Positions 48,626-58,535 of a DNA stretch of 64,000 bases are shown piece after piece. The notes under the pieces are model-generated. The model searched no databases and was not told the origin of the DNA. It worked only from the letters and a program-made list of their open reading frames with translations. The position numbers and the translations under genes were made by a program. This DNA comes from a bacterium (GTDB taxonomy: Bacteria; Patescibacteriota; Patescibacteriia; SG8-24): contig JAHFIV010000001.1 in the NCBI GenBank assembly GCA_023246225.1, forward strand, positions 46-64,045, read 5' to 3'. Position 1 is the stretch's first letter. Every line of letters begins with the position of its first letter.

Positions 48626-48699
48626 ATGATAAAGAGACCTCAGAGGTTCCCTTATGAAAAGTATACCATGCGAATAAGGGGTGGTCGACCTTACTGTGT

Positions 48700-49548
48700 C
48701 TACCGTTTTTTCGCTGGTCGCAACGCGTTTGAAAGCGCAGCCCACTCGACGACAGAAAGTTCCTCCGGACGAGCGGACGGTAAAATTTTTGCCTCAACGA
48801 AGGCGGTTTCTAAGGCTGACGGGATCGTTGTGGTGGATTTCAGGCTGTTGCGAAGTTGTTTGCGACGCTCTCTGAACGCTTGCCGAACGATCTCGAAGTA
48901 ACGAATCGCGGTTGTCTCTCCAAAAAATTTCTGCAACTCTTCGTCGCTGCGTCGACTCATGTGGATAACCGCCGAAGCAACTTTTGGTGGCGGAAAAAAC
49001 GCTCCAGCCGCAACATTTTTCACTCGCTCCACACGCGCAAGCGTTTGCATAAACACCGCGAGCGAACTCATGTCGCCAGGTTTTGCGAGAATGCGATCAG
49101 CGACTTCTTTTTGCACCATCACCGTGATCGACGTCGGTGCCGGAGATTCGAGAAGAAGTTTTTGCAGTATCGCCGAAGTGATCGCATAAGGAAGATTCGC
49201 GATCACGACGTAGTGGTCGCGCGCAAATATGGAATTGGCTACAGAAAATGCGAGCGCATCACCTTCAACAAGATGAAAATTTTTGTACGAACCAAAACGC
49301 TCGCGAAGCACGGTGCAAAGTTTTTTATCGATTTCAATCGCGAGAACTTCTGCGCCGCAGCGAAGAAGTTCTGCGGTAAGAATTCCCGGACCAGGACCGA
49401 TCTCAAAAACCCGTGTCCCCTTTTGCACGCCTGCGGCGTCTACCATCCCCGCAACAACTTTTTCATCCAACAAAAAATGCTGGCTTCGATCTTTGAGAGG
49501 ACGGATGCCGAGCGGTTCGAGAAGTTGACGAAGCTCTGTCGGGGTCAT
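48700..49548 (-). CDS. rsmA: 16S rRNA (adenine1518/1519-N6)-dimethyltransferase
   Basis: SAM-binding motif region and IANLPY motif. Start ATG at 49548 (MTPTELRQLLE) overlaps the upstream stop (ATGA). Confidence 0.9.
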   Translation of the reverse strand: MTPTELRQLLEPLGIRPLKDRSQHFLLDEKVVAGMVDAAGVQKGTRVFEIGPGPGILTAELLRCGAEVLAIEIDKKLCTVLRERFGSYKNFHLVEGDALAFSVANSIFARDHYVVIANLPYAITSAILQKLLLESPAPTSITVMVQKEVADRILAKPGDMSSLAVFMQTLARVERVKNVAAGAFFPPPKVASAVIHMSRRSDEELQKFFGETTAIRYFEIVRQAFRERRKQLRNSLKSTTTIPSALETAFVEAKILPSARPEELSVVEWAALSNALRPAKKR

Positions 49549-50726
49549 GACTGTGGGATCTTCCGCGGCATCAATGCATACAACGCCGTAAATGCACCGG
49601 CGAGAACGAACACCGTGGGCCATGCGTTCGGAAATTTCCAAAGAATCATTGCGGCGCTTGTAGCAGCGATAATTTTCCCGAGCGCGAGCGCCATCTCAAA
49701 ATGAATCACCGTTTCCATCACCACTCCCTCGCGCGCATCATCGTAAATAGTAGAAAGCAACGGCACGTTCAACATATTTTTTGAAATACGATAGAACGTA
49801 TCCATCAAAAATACGCCGGGCGCTCCCGATACGATCGGTCGAAGCACCCATGAAGCGACAGAATACAGTACGCCGCTACGGAGTATGCCGCTCCGCTCCC
49901 CTTCATCACTCATGCGACCAACGTATAAAATTACCAAAACGTTTATGAACATCGCGAGAGAGACGATCATGCCGAGCGAGGCGAAGTTTGCGATGATCGT
50001 TATCATAAAAATTGGCCACACGACAAGCGTGATCAATTCTTCGCCAAACCCCAAGAACGCAAGCGTTCGGCGTCGCGCACTTTTTTTGAACGGACGAATT
50101 AATGCGGAAAAATATTTGAATTCCTGTGGCACGTACAGCTCCGGCGTACGAAGAAGAGGGACATTAGAGAGCAAAATCAAAGCAGCAACGATAAGAAGCA
50201 GAACTTTGAACCCAAAAAATACCACGATAAAACCACCGAACGTCGGCGCAAGGATCGATGCGAGACCGACCACGGCCGCCATGTTTGAAACCTCCCGCCC
50301 CCGCTCCTGCTTTGAGCTCCATGTCGCAAAATTCGCATGATATCCCGGCCAATAAAGAATTTTTTGCATCACGAGTGACAGGAGTGCGATACCGATAAAC
50401 GCGTTATTCCATGGAATGGCGTAGAGCGAGATGTACCACAGCACGAGGAACGGCGAACTAAACAGCATCGTGTGCTCGTATCCGTGCCGCCGACAAATCC
50501 GACCGCCGAGCGGGAGAAGAAAAAAATATAATACGTACAACGCCGCGTTAAAAAGAAGAATTTGCGGAACAGAAAATCCGATCGAATGCAGATAGATCGG
50601 TTCAAACAAACTTACCGAACCGGTCGCGAAACTGAGCATGCCGCTCGCAATAAAAAGTTCTTTCACTTCTTGCGAAGGGTGCGGAGCGAAATAATGTTCG
50701 ATGTAGTGTCTGATGTGGCCGATCAT
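49545..50726 (-). CDS. MFS transporter
   Basis: 12 predicted TM segments in 393 aa. Confidence 0.7.
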   Translation of the reverse strand: MIGHIRHYIEHYFAPHPSQEVKELFIASGMLSFATGSVSLFEPIYLHSIGFSVPQILLFNAALYVLYFFLLPLGGRICRRHGYEHTMLFSSPFLVLWYISLYAIPWNNAFIGIALLSLVMQKILYWPGYHANFATWSSKQERGREVSNMAAVVGLASILAPTFGGFIVVFFGFKVLLLIVAALILLSNVPLLRTPELYVPQEFKYFSALIRPFKKSARRRTLAFLGFGEELITLVVWPIFMITIIANFASLGMIVSLAMFINVLVILYVGRMSDEGERSGILRSGVLYSVASWVLRPIVSGAPGVFLMDTFYRISKNMLNVPLLSTIYDDAREGVVMETVIHFEMALALGKIIAATSAAMILWKFPNAWPTVFVLAGAFTALYALMPRKIPQS

Positions 50727-51301
50727 ACTCTTAATACTTCTATTGTATCGTTTTTTACACGAACGATCGTGGATGCGCGTCGCTTGGGTAACACTCCTGC
50801 GTTTAAAAAAAGATCTGGTGTACGATCGCGCCCTGCGAATGACCGCGCAATACCGCGAGAATTATACACCGCTGATTCACCAGAGATGTTCGCGGAAGTT
50901 GAAGTAACGAGTCCACCTGCAGCGTGCGCGATTGCGCGCGCCCATGCAGAAGACGGCACACGTACCGCACCAGTTTTCCTTCCTTTTTTAAATGATAACA
51001 CGAGAGTGAGCGGTCCGGGCCAATATCGGAGCGCGAGCGCGCGTGCTTTTCCACGCAACGTAAACATTTTTTCTACCGCCTGCCACGATGACGCAATAAA
51101 CGGAAGCGGTTTTCGTCTGGATCGCTCTTTAATGGCATACACGCACCGCACCGCTTTTGGATTCGATGGGTCTGCGGCGAGACCGTAGGAAGTTTCGGTG
51201 GGAAAAACGACTACGCCGCCGCCGCGCAGTACGTCAGTCGCTTCTTTAAGCGCACGTTTTGACACGCGAGTACGCGCGATCTTGATCGTTCGCATGGTCA
51301 T
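50723..51301 (-). CDS. tsaC: L-threonylcarbamoyladenylate synthase (YrdC/Sua5 family)
   Basis: VVVFPTETSYGLAAD motif. Start uncertain by 2 codons. Confidence 0.8.
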   Translation of the reverse strand: MTMRTIKIARTRVSKRALKEATDVLRGGGVVVFPTETSYGLAADPSNPKAVRCVYAIKERSRRKPLPFIASSWQAVEKMFTLRGKARALALRYWPGPLTLVLSFKKGRKTGAVRVPSSAWARAIAHAAGGLVTSTSANISGESAVYNSRGIARSFAGRDRTPDLFLNAGVLPKRRASTIVRVKNDTIEVLRV

Positions 51302-52227
51302 GAAGAGTTCGCGCGGAACCAAGCAACCGTCCGCTTGATCCCCTCCTCAAGACCCACACGCGGTCGCCACCCCAGACCTTTTTTTGCAGCAGTGCAGTCG
51401 AGTGCGGCGCGTCGCTCTTCACCGGGATTCGCAGGGCCATGCGCAGGACGAATGCGGCCGCCGAGTGCTGCACGAATCAACGCATCGACACGATTCACCG
51501 ACACCTCCTTGGCCGTGCCGATGTTGAACGCGCCGTGCACACCGTTCTTCATTGCAAGAATGTTCGCTTCGATAACATCATCAACGTACACAAAGTCTCG
51601 CGTTTGTTTGCCATCACCAAAAATTGTTGGGCGCACGCCCCGCAGCATTTTCTGGATAAAAATTCCGATGACGCCAGCTTCGCCTTTTAAGCCCTGACGC
51701 GGACCGTATACGTTCGCATACCGCAAAGCGACATACTTAATGCCGTAATTATGGCATGCGGCGTGCAGGTATAACTCAAAAGCGAACTTTGCGACACCAT
51801 ACGGCGACATCGGCATGCAAGGAACGTTCTCCGGTGTCGGTCGAATGTTCAACCCATGATAGATCGCTCCGCCCGAAGAAGAAAAAATAATTTTTTTCAC
51901 GCCCGACCGCACGCAAGCCTCAAGAATGCGAAGCGAGCCGTGAATGTTTGTTTCTGCATCACTGATCGGATCCTCAACCGATTTACGCACATCGATCTGT
52001 GCCGCGAGATGAAACACGAGTGCCGGTTTCTCACGAAGAAAAATCTTTGCGATGCGTGGGTCGCGGATGCTCATGCAAACAAATTTTGCTCCCTTCGGCA
52101 CAAACTCCCGCCGACCCGTGGAAAGATCATCGATCACCACAACATGGCACCGTTCTTTAAGAAGTCGCTGTACGAGCTGGGAGCCGATGAAGCCGGCGCC
52201 ACCGGTGACAATGACTGTTTGACGCAT
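51298..52227 (-). CDS. NAD-dependent epimerase/dehydratase (UDP-glucose 4-epimerase-like SDR)
   Basis: N-terminal TGGAGFIGS Rossmann motif. Catalytic YxxxK region (YGVAKFAFE). Confidence 0.85.
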   Translation of the reverse strand: MRQTVIVTGGAGFIGSQLVQRLLKERCHVVVIDDLSTGRREFVPKGAKFVCMSIRDPRIAKIFLREKPALVFHLAAQIDVRKSVEDPISDAETNIHGSLRILEACVRSGVKKIIFSSSGGAIYHGLNIRPTPENVPCMPMSPYGVAKFAFELYLHAACHNYGIKYVALRYANVYGPRQGLKGEAGVIGIFIQKMLRGVRPTIFGDGKQTRDFVYVDDVIEANILAMKNGVHGAFNIGTAKEVSVNRVDALIRAALGGRIRPAHGPANPGEERRAALDCTAAKKGLGWRPRVGLEEGIKRTVAWFRANSS

Positions 52228-52245
52228 AGGAAGGCGAGTTTAATA

Positions 52246-52320
52246 AGGTTGAGAGGTTTAGAGGTGTAAAGGTTAAGAGGTTTAGAGGGCCGGATCTTTT
52301 AACCTTACACCTCTAAACCT
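52246..52320. promoter_or_regulatory. ~75-nt imperfect inverted repeat with tandem GAGGTTTAGAG units between prfB and the epimerase gene
   Basis: GAGGTTTAGAGGTGTAAAGGTTAAG pairs with CTTTTAACCTTACACCTCTAAACCTC. No T-run. Confidence 0.4.
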
Positions 52321-52329
52321 CTACACCTT

Positions 52330-53437
52330 TTATCCCTTCTTCCCGGCATTCTGTCGCAGATATGCTTCGACAAATTGATCGAGGTCGCCATCGAGAACTT
52401 CCTGGGTGTTCTGCGTTTCGTACTTTGTGCGATGATCTTTCACCATCTGGTACGGATGGATCACGTACGAACGAATCTGATTCCCCCACTCCGCGCTCGT
52501 GAATTCGCCGCGCAGTTTCTTTTTTTCTTCTGCGCGTTCTTCGAGATACACCTTGTGCAACTTCGCACGCAAAATGCGCATCGCGGTTTCTTTATTCTGT
52601 GTTTGTGAACGCTCGTTCTGACAGGTAACGACGATGCCGGTCACGAGGTGTGTGATGCGCACCGCAGAATACGTCGTCTGTACACCTTGGCCACCGTGAC
52701 CGCCAGCGAGATATGTATCGATGCGCAAATCCTGCGGAAGAATTTTTACTTCTTCGATGTCACCGAGTTCGGGGAGAACTTCGAGTAGCGCGAACGATGT
52801 TTGGCGAAGTTGATCTGCATTGAACGGCGAGAGACGCACGAGTCGATGCACGCCCGCTTCGGCTTTGAGAAAACCGTATGCGTAACGACCTTCAACAGAA
52901 AACGTTGCGCTTTTGATCCCCGCTTCATTTCCTCGCGACTCGTCGAGCAGTTTCACCTTCCAACCTTTGCGCTCAGCATAACGAAAATACATACGCATCA
53001 GCATCTCCGCCCAATCCTGTGCATCGGTTCCTCCCGCGCCGGCGTGAATCGCAAGGATCGCGTCGTTCTCATCGAACTTATCGCCCATCAGCGTCGCAAA
53101 TTCGAGCTTTGCAAACTTCTGCAGCAACTCCTCCAATTGTTTTTTTGCATCGGCTTCCGCGGTCGTGTCATTTTCATCTTCCGCAAGACGCGCAAAATCT
53201 AAAAGTTCATCGGTGTCTGCGCGCAACTGATCCCACTCACTGTAATATGATTTGATATCTGCGAGTCGACGGCTCACGCGCTGCGCATGTTCCTGATTTT
53301 TCCAAAAATCTGGCTGCTGCGTTTCCCACTCGGTTGCGTCGATGTCCGCCTTGGTTTTTGCGAGGTCAAAGTAACCCCCAAGTATCGGAGATCCGGCCGC
53401 GGAGATTCTCGATATCCTGGAGGTGTGGCTTTATCAT
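52330..53437 (-). CDS. prfB: peptide chain release factor 2, requires programmed +1 frameshift
   Basis: SPF and GGQ motifs. Frame 0 (ATG at 53437) ends ...GLL-TGA at 53366. The +1 frame continues FDLAKTKADI... to 52330. Confidence 0.85.
53366..53381 (-). promoter_or_regulatory. RF2 autoregulatory +1 frameshift site
   Basis: Minus strand reads TGGGGGTTACTTTGACC: SD-like GGGGG, then TTA CTT TGA C. Confidence 0.85.
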
Positions 53438-53775
53438 AACGTTATCTTTTGTGCGTACTTGCCGACGAGCGGAAGTTCCCACTTCACGCCCTGGAGTGTG
53501 CGCACGACGGCGATGATTGAAACGATGAACATTGTGAAACTCAGGACTGCACCGACCCATGCGTGAAGAAATCCGAAACTGAGTATGACATCGATTGCGA
53601 ACAGCACGATCCCTTGCCGAACGTGATACTTACAAAACTCACTATCCTTCCTGACGAGCATCGGGATGAGAAAAAGAATGCCGAGATACGCGAGCGCGGC
53701 GAGAATGCGCTCTTCGGTATCCTTTTTTGGCGCTGGCGGTGTCGATTGATGAAGAGTCTCTTCCATATATGCCAT
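53434..53775 (-). CDS. small DUF4870-like membrane protein
   Basis: AALAYLGILFLIPMLVRKDSEFCKYHVRQGIVLF motif with 2-3 TM segments. Start trimmed to ATG 53775, because the upstream extension runs into repeat R4. Stop overlaps the prfB ATG (ATGA). Confidence 0.55.
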   Translation of the reverse strand: MAYMEETLHQSTPPAPKKDTEERILAALAYLGILFLIPMLVRKDSEFCKYHVRQGIVLFAIDVILSFGFLHAWVGAVLSFTMFIVSIIAVVRTLQGVKWELPLVGKYAQKITL

Positions 53776-53814
53776 GCTACAGCGGTACGCCGTTTCTTTC
53801 AACGGACCACCCAT

Positions 53815-53960
53815 TGTCATTCCGGCCCGCCTTTTTGTCATTCCAGCCTCCTCTTCTTGTCATTCCGGGCCGTGACCCGGAATCCAGAACCGTAAAGCCA
53901 AACGATTTCCGTTTGGCCTTTTTATTTTTCTGGATTCCGGCTCGGAGGCCGGAATGACAA
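53815..53960. repeat. MITE-like palindromic repeat cluster R4
   Basis: Three 22-nt TGTCATTCC units, then CGGGCCGTGACCCGGAATCCAGAA, a CCAAACG-N5-CGTTTGG hairpin, and TTCTGGATTCCGGCTCGGAGGCCGGAATGACAA. Confidence 0.8.
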
Positions 53961-53965
53961 AATAA

Positions 53966-53996
53966 TGAAAAAGAGGCCCGTGCAGGGCCTCAAAAA
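53966..53996 (-). terminator. intrinsic terminator after the small-paralog/groEL transcription unit
   Basis: GAGGCCC-GTGCA-GGGCCTC stem followed by a T-run on the minus strand. Confidence 0.55.
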
Positions 53997-53997
53997 T

Positions 53998-54345
53998 TCA
54001 ATCGTCAGGGCCGCAATTGCCCATGTGTCGTCCGAGCATCACCATCGCGTTGTGATCTCTTGTGGCTTGCTCGCGCGTGGCGATCAGCACCTCGCGCATC
54101 TCAGCGATAATCAACCTCATCATCGCCGGTCTCGGACGCGAAACGCCGAGCGCATAACGTGCAAATGACGTTCCTCCGACCTCGGTCTTTTCCACGAGCA
54201 TGCTCATGAAACGCTCGCCACGACCGAGCAGCATCGCCTGCATGAGTGCGGATCGCACCAACTCATCGAATGGTGGGCTCGCGCCGTCCCAATCTTTCAT
54301 GTGAACGATCAGCATGTTGAAGTTGCACTCCACGTTTCTTTCCAT
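53998..54345 (-). CDS. small putative HTH protein, paralog C of a tandem trio
   Basis: Shares the N-terminal KDWDGASPPFDELVRSAL motif and an ALGVS HTH-like segment with 54364..54657. Confidence 0.5.
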   Translation of the reverse strand: MERNVECNFNMLIVHMKDWDGASPPFDELVRSALMQAMLLGRGERFMSMLVEKTEVGGTSFARYALGVSRPRPAMMRLIIAEMREVLIATREQATRDHNAMVMLGRHMGNCGPDD

Positions 54346-54363
54346 GGTGGACTCCTCGACTCG

Positions 54364-54657
54364 CTACGTTGTCTTGTTGCTCGACGCTTCTTCGCGCAGA
54401 GCGATAAGCGTCCTACGCACTGTGGCACCGATCCATTGCAGCAGCAACGGATGCGGCTCCGTTTGCTGATGCGCCCAACGGACGATGGTTGGCGACGAAA
54501 CTCCTAAGGCTTCCGCCAAATCGCGAACGAACGAAGCGTCGTTACGAACCAATCTCAAGGCTGAACTGATCACCTCGTGCAAGGGAGGGGTCTTTCCATC
54601 CCAGTGTTCGAGCGACGCGATGAGCGTATCGAGGGGGGTCTCTTCTTCTTTCTTCAT
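54364..54657 (-). CDS. small putative HTH protein, paralog B
   Basis: LEHWDGKTPPLHEVISSAL plus HTH-like DLAEALGVSSPTIVRWA. Confidence 0.5.
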   Translation of the reverse strand: MKKEEETPLDTLIASLEHWDGKTPPLHEVISSALRLVRNDASFVRDLAEALGVSSPTIVRWAHQQTEPHPLLLQWIGATVRRTLIALREEASSNKTT

Positions 54658-54669
54658 TGTGTTCTCCTC

Positions 54670-55032
54670 CTATTCCTCGAAACCGTCGGGTCCGGGGAGA
54701 TCTCGCTTCATCTCGTCGATCAAAGCCTGAAGCCGCTTTTCGACCTCGGCCCTGCATTCGATGACTCGAGCACGGACTGATTCCACAATTTTCGGCTGTG
54801 ATTCCTTGAACCAGCTGTCACCCCGCGCGCATCCGATGATGGTATGTTTCTCGTTCTTGGTATCCTGCGCCACGCCGGTGAGAAAACGGTTCGTCTCCTC
54901 CATCGTCGCTGCGAGAAAAAGACCGGAAGCAACGCACTCAGAGAAGGATGGCTTCTTACCGTTCCAATTCTTGATCGACGAAAGAAAAGTCGTCTCGTCG
55001 GTCTCGATTCTGATTTTGCTCGACTTCTTCAT
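54670..55032 (-). CDS. small protein, paralog A
   Basis: IKNWNGKKPSFSECVASGL N-terminal motif. Start taken at MKKSSKI (ATG 55032); the ORF is open to 55053. Confidence 0.45.
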   Translation of the reverse strand: MKKSSKIRIETDETTFLSSIKNWNGKKPSFSECVASGLFLAATMEETNRFLTGVAQDTKNEKHTIIGCARGDSWFKESQPKIVESVRARVIECRAEVEKRLQALIDEMKRDLPGPDGFEE

Positions 55033-55131
55033 GAAAAGACCTCCTTCACTCATGCTAGGCTAGCATTTCTCGCACATAAGTCAATACAGAAAACGCCCCA
55101 CAGTATTGCGAGGCGTTTTCGTTACTCTTCC

Positions 55132-56784
<1,653 letters not shown>

Positions 56785-56798
56785 TCAAGTGAGGTTCA

Positions 56799-57089
56799 TT
56801 AGGCAAGGACAGCGAGAATGTCGCCTTCCTCCAATATCAATAATGTCTGCCCGTCGATTTTAAATTCATCTGGTGCGTATTTCTTAAACATCACCTTGTC
56901 GCCCGGCTTCACGGTCATCGGTGCGCGCTGTCCGTTCTCAAGCAGCTTACCTGGTCCGGTTGCAACGACCTCCCCCTTCTCCGGTTTTTCTTTCTCTACA
57001 GTGTCAGGAATGATGATCCCCGATTTTGTTGCCTGCTCCTCAGAAAGCGCCTTCACAAGAACGCGGTCGGATAACGGATTCACCTGCAT
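56799..57089 (-). CDS. groS: co-chaperonin GroES
   Basis: A 96-aa Hsp10 with a mobile-loop region. Confidence 0.95.
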   Translation of the reverse strand: MQVNPLSDRVLVKALSEEQATKSGIIIPDTVEKEKPEKGEVVATGPGKLLENGQRAPMTVKPGDKVMFKKYAPDEFKIDGQTLLILEEGDILAVLA

Positions 57090-57111
57090 AAAAACAATAA
57101 AAAAAATTTAC

Positions 57112-57138
57112 TTAGCACTCATGAACATAGAGTGCTAG
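57112..57138 (-). promoter_or_regulatory. CIRCE operator (HrcA binding site) upstream of groES
   Basis: TTAGCACTC-ATGAACATA-GAGTGCTAG, a perfect 9-N9-9 inverted repeat, 23 nt upstream of the groES start. Confidence 0.85.
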
Positions 57139-57203
57139 TACATAGTGAGCTATAAGCGTGATGACTGTCAAGACGCCCGTTTTTAGAGAAACTCACTGTG
57201 GGC

Positions 57204-58535
57204 TCAACGTTTATTCTCCACTGTTTCGAAGTGAAAAAAAGCGGCGCGGAGCAATCCGGCGATCGACCAAAAAAGCAGCTGGCCGAACCAAGAACTCCAC
57301 AAAAAATGATCGAACATCGCAGCGATGAGAAGCGCGATGAACGCAGCGGCATACACAGTGACGCCGGTTGAGACCGTTGCTTTGTGATGCAGTAATCGTC
57401 GGCGGATGATATCGATCGTAAACCATACAAACCCGAGCCAGGCAACAAGACCGAGAACACCGGTTTCAACTGCGATGAGCGCGGGAACATTGTGCACATA
57501 ATCATACAACCACCAGTCGCGCTCGGTTGCAGATTCTCGCGCGAGCGCGATCGGCATCTGTCCGACACCGACACCGGTGAACGTGTGTCGCGCAAAAAGC
57601 GCCAACGCATCTTCGTACTGACTTCCACGCTGTTGAATCGATTGTGTCTCCAATCTTCCTATTGCAGTTGAGCGAGTGCGTAGCGGTTCAGCGTACAAAT
57701 ATCCGATGACGGAAAACGTGACCGTTGTGATCATGAACGCGGGGATCATGATCCGCCGAAAAGTCGGTGCGGCCTCGCTGCCAAAAGCACTGATCGTCAT
57801 CCACACGAATCCTGCAGCGACAGCAAGGAGTGCGCTTCGTGAAAAAGAAAATAACAATCCCATGGTGATGATCGGCATGAGCGCGTAGTACACGAGATGC
57901 TTGCCGTGACCGCGAAATGCGGCGAGACCGATGCAGGTGAGAAGACCGACACCGACATACAAACCAAAAATATTTGGATGCGAAAGTGATCCGTATGCGC
58001 GAAGCCAGCGACCACTGTCGGTCTCGACAACGAAAGCGCCGAGCTGATCAGCAGAATGCATCGCCATGCCGAGCCACTTTGACGCAAAGGCTGATTGGGT
58101 AAAAAATTGATAACCGCCGAGCGCGACCTGAAACACCGCGCCACCAACGAATGCAGTGAGTACTTCTCGTGGATCTGGTCGAAACATGCTGATCGCGAAG
58201 TAGACCGCGACGCCGAGCAACAACGAAAATGCAGCGACCACACCCGCAAGTGCATCGCTCGCCTGCATAGCGGAGAGCGCGGCGAACACCGCAACGATCG
58301 CCGCGCACATCGCTGCCCTGCTTTTAAATGTTTCTAGGAAACCGCGCCATCCGTACGTAAAAAAAACGAGCGAGACAAAAAGTAACGCGACAATTTGCAT
58401 ACCGAAAATACTGACGGTTCCCGGCTCAACAGAATGATCGAGAATTTTTCCGGTATAAAAAATGTACCGCGTGCCGCTCGGCGCAAAGGCGATTAGGGCA
58501 GTAAGCAGCAAAGAGATCAGGTAACGACGTTTCAT
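57204..58535 (-). CDS. O-antigen ligase (Wzy_C) family polytopic membrane protein
   Basis: At least 10 TM segments. A periplasmic loop with SLSHPNIFGLY...SFSRSALLA, typical of the family. Confidence 0.7.
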   Translation of the reverse strand: MKRRYLISLLLTALIAFAPSGTRYIFYTGKILDHSVEPGTVSIFGMQIVALLFVSLVFFTYGWRGFLETFKSRAAMCAAIVAVFAALSAMQASDALAGVVAAFSLLLGVAVYFAISMFRPDPREVLTAFVGGAVFQVALGGYQFFTQSAFASKWLGMAMHSADQLGAFVVETDSGRWLRAYGSLSHPNIFGLYVGVGLLTCIGLAAFRGHGKHLVYYALMPIITMGLLFSFSRSALLAVAAGFVWMTISAFGSEAAPTFRRIMIPAFMITTVTFSVIGYLYAEPLRTRSTAIGRLETQSIQQRGSQYEDALALFARHTFTGVGVGQMPIALARESATERDWWLYDYVHNVPALIAVETGVLGLVAWLGFVWFTIDIIRRRLLHHKATVSTGVTVYAAAFIALLIAAMFDHFLWSSWFGQLLFWSIAGLLRAAFFHFETVENKR

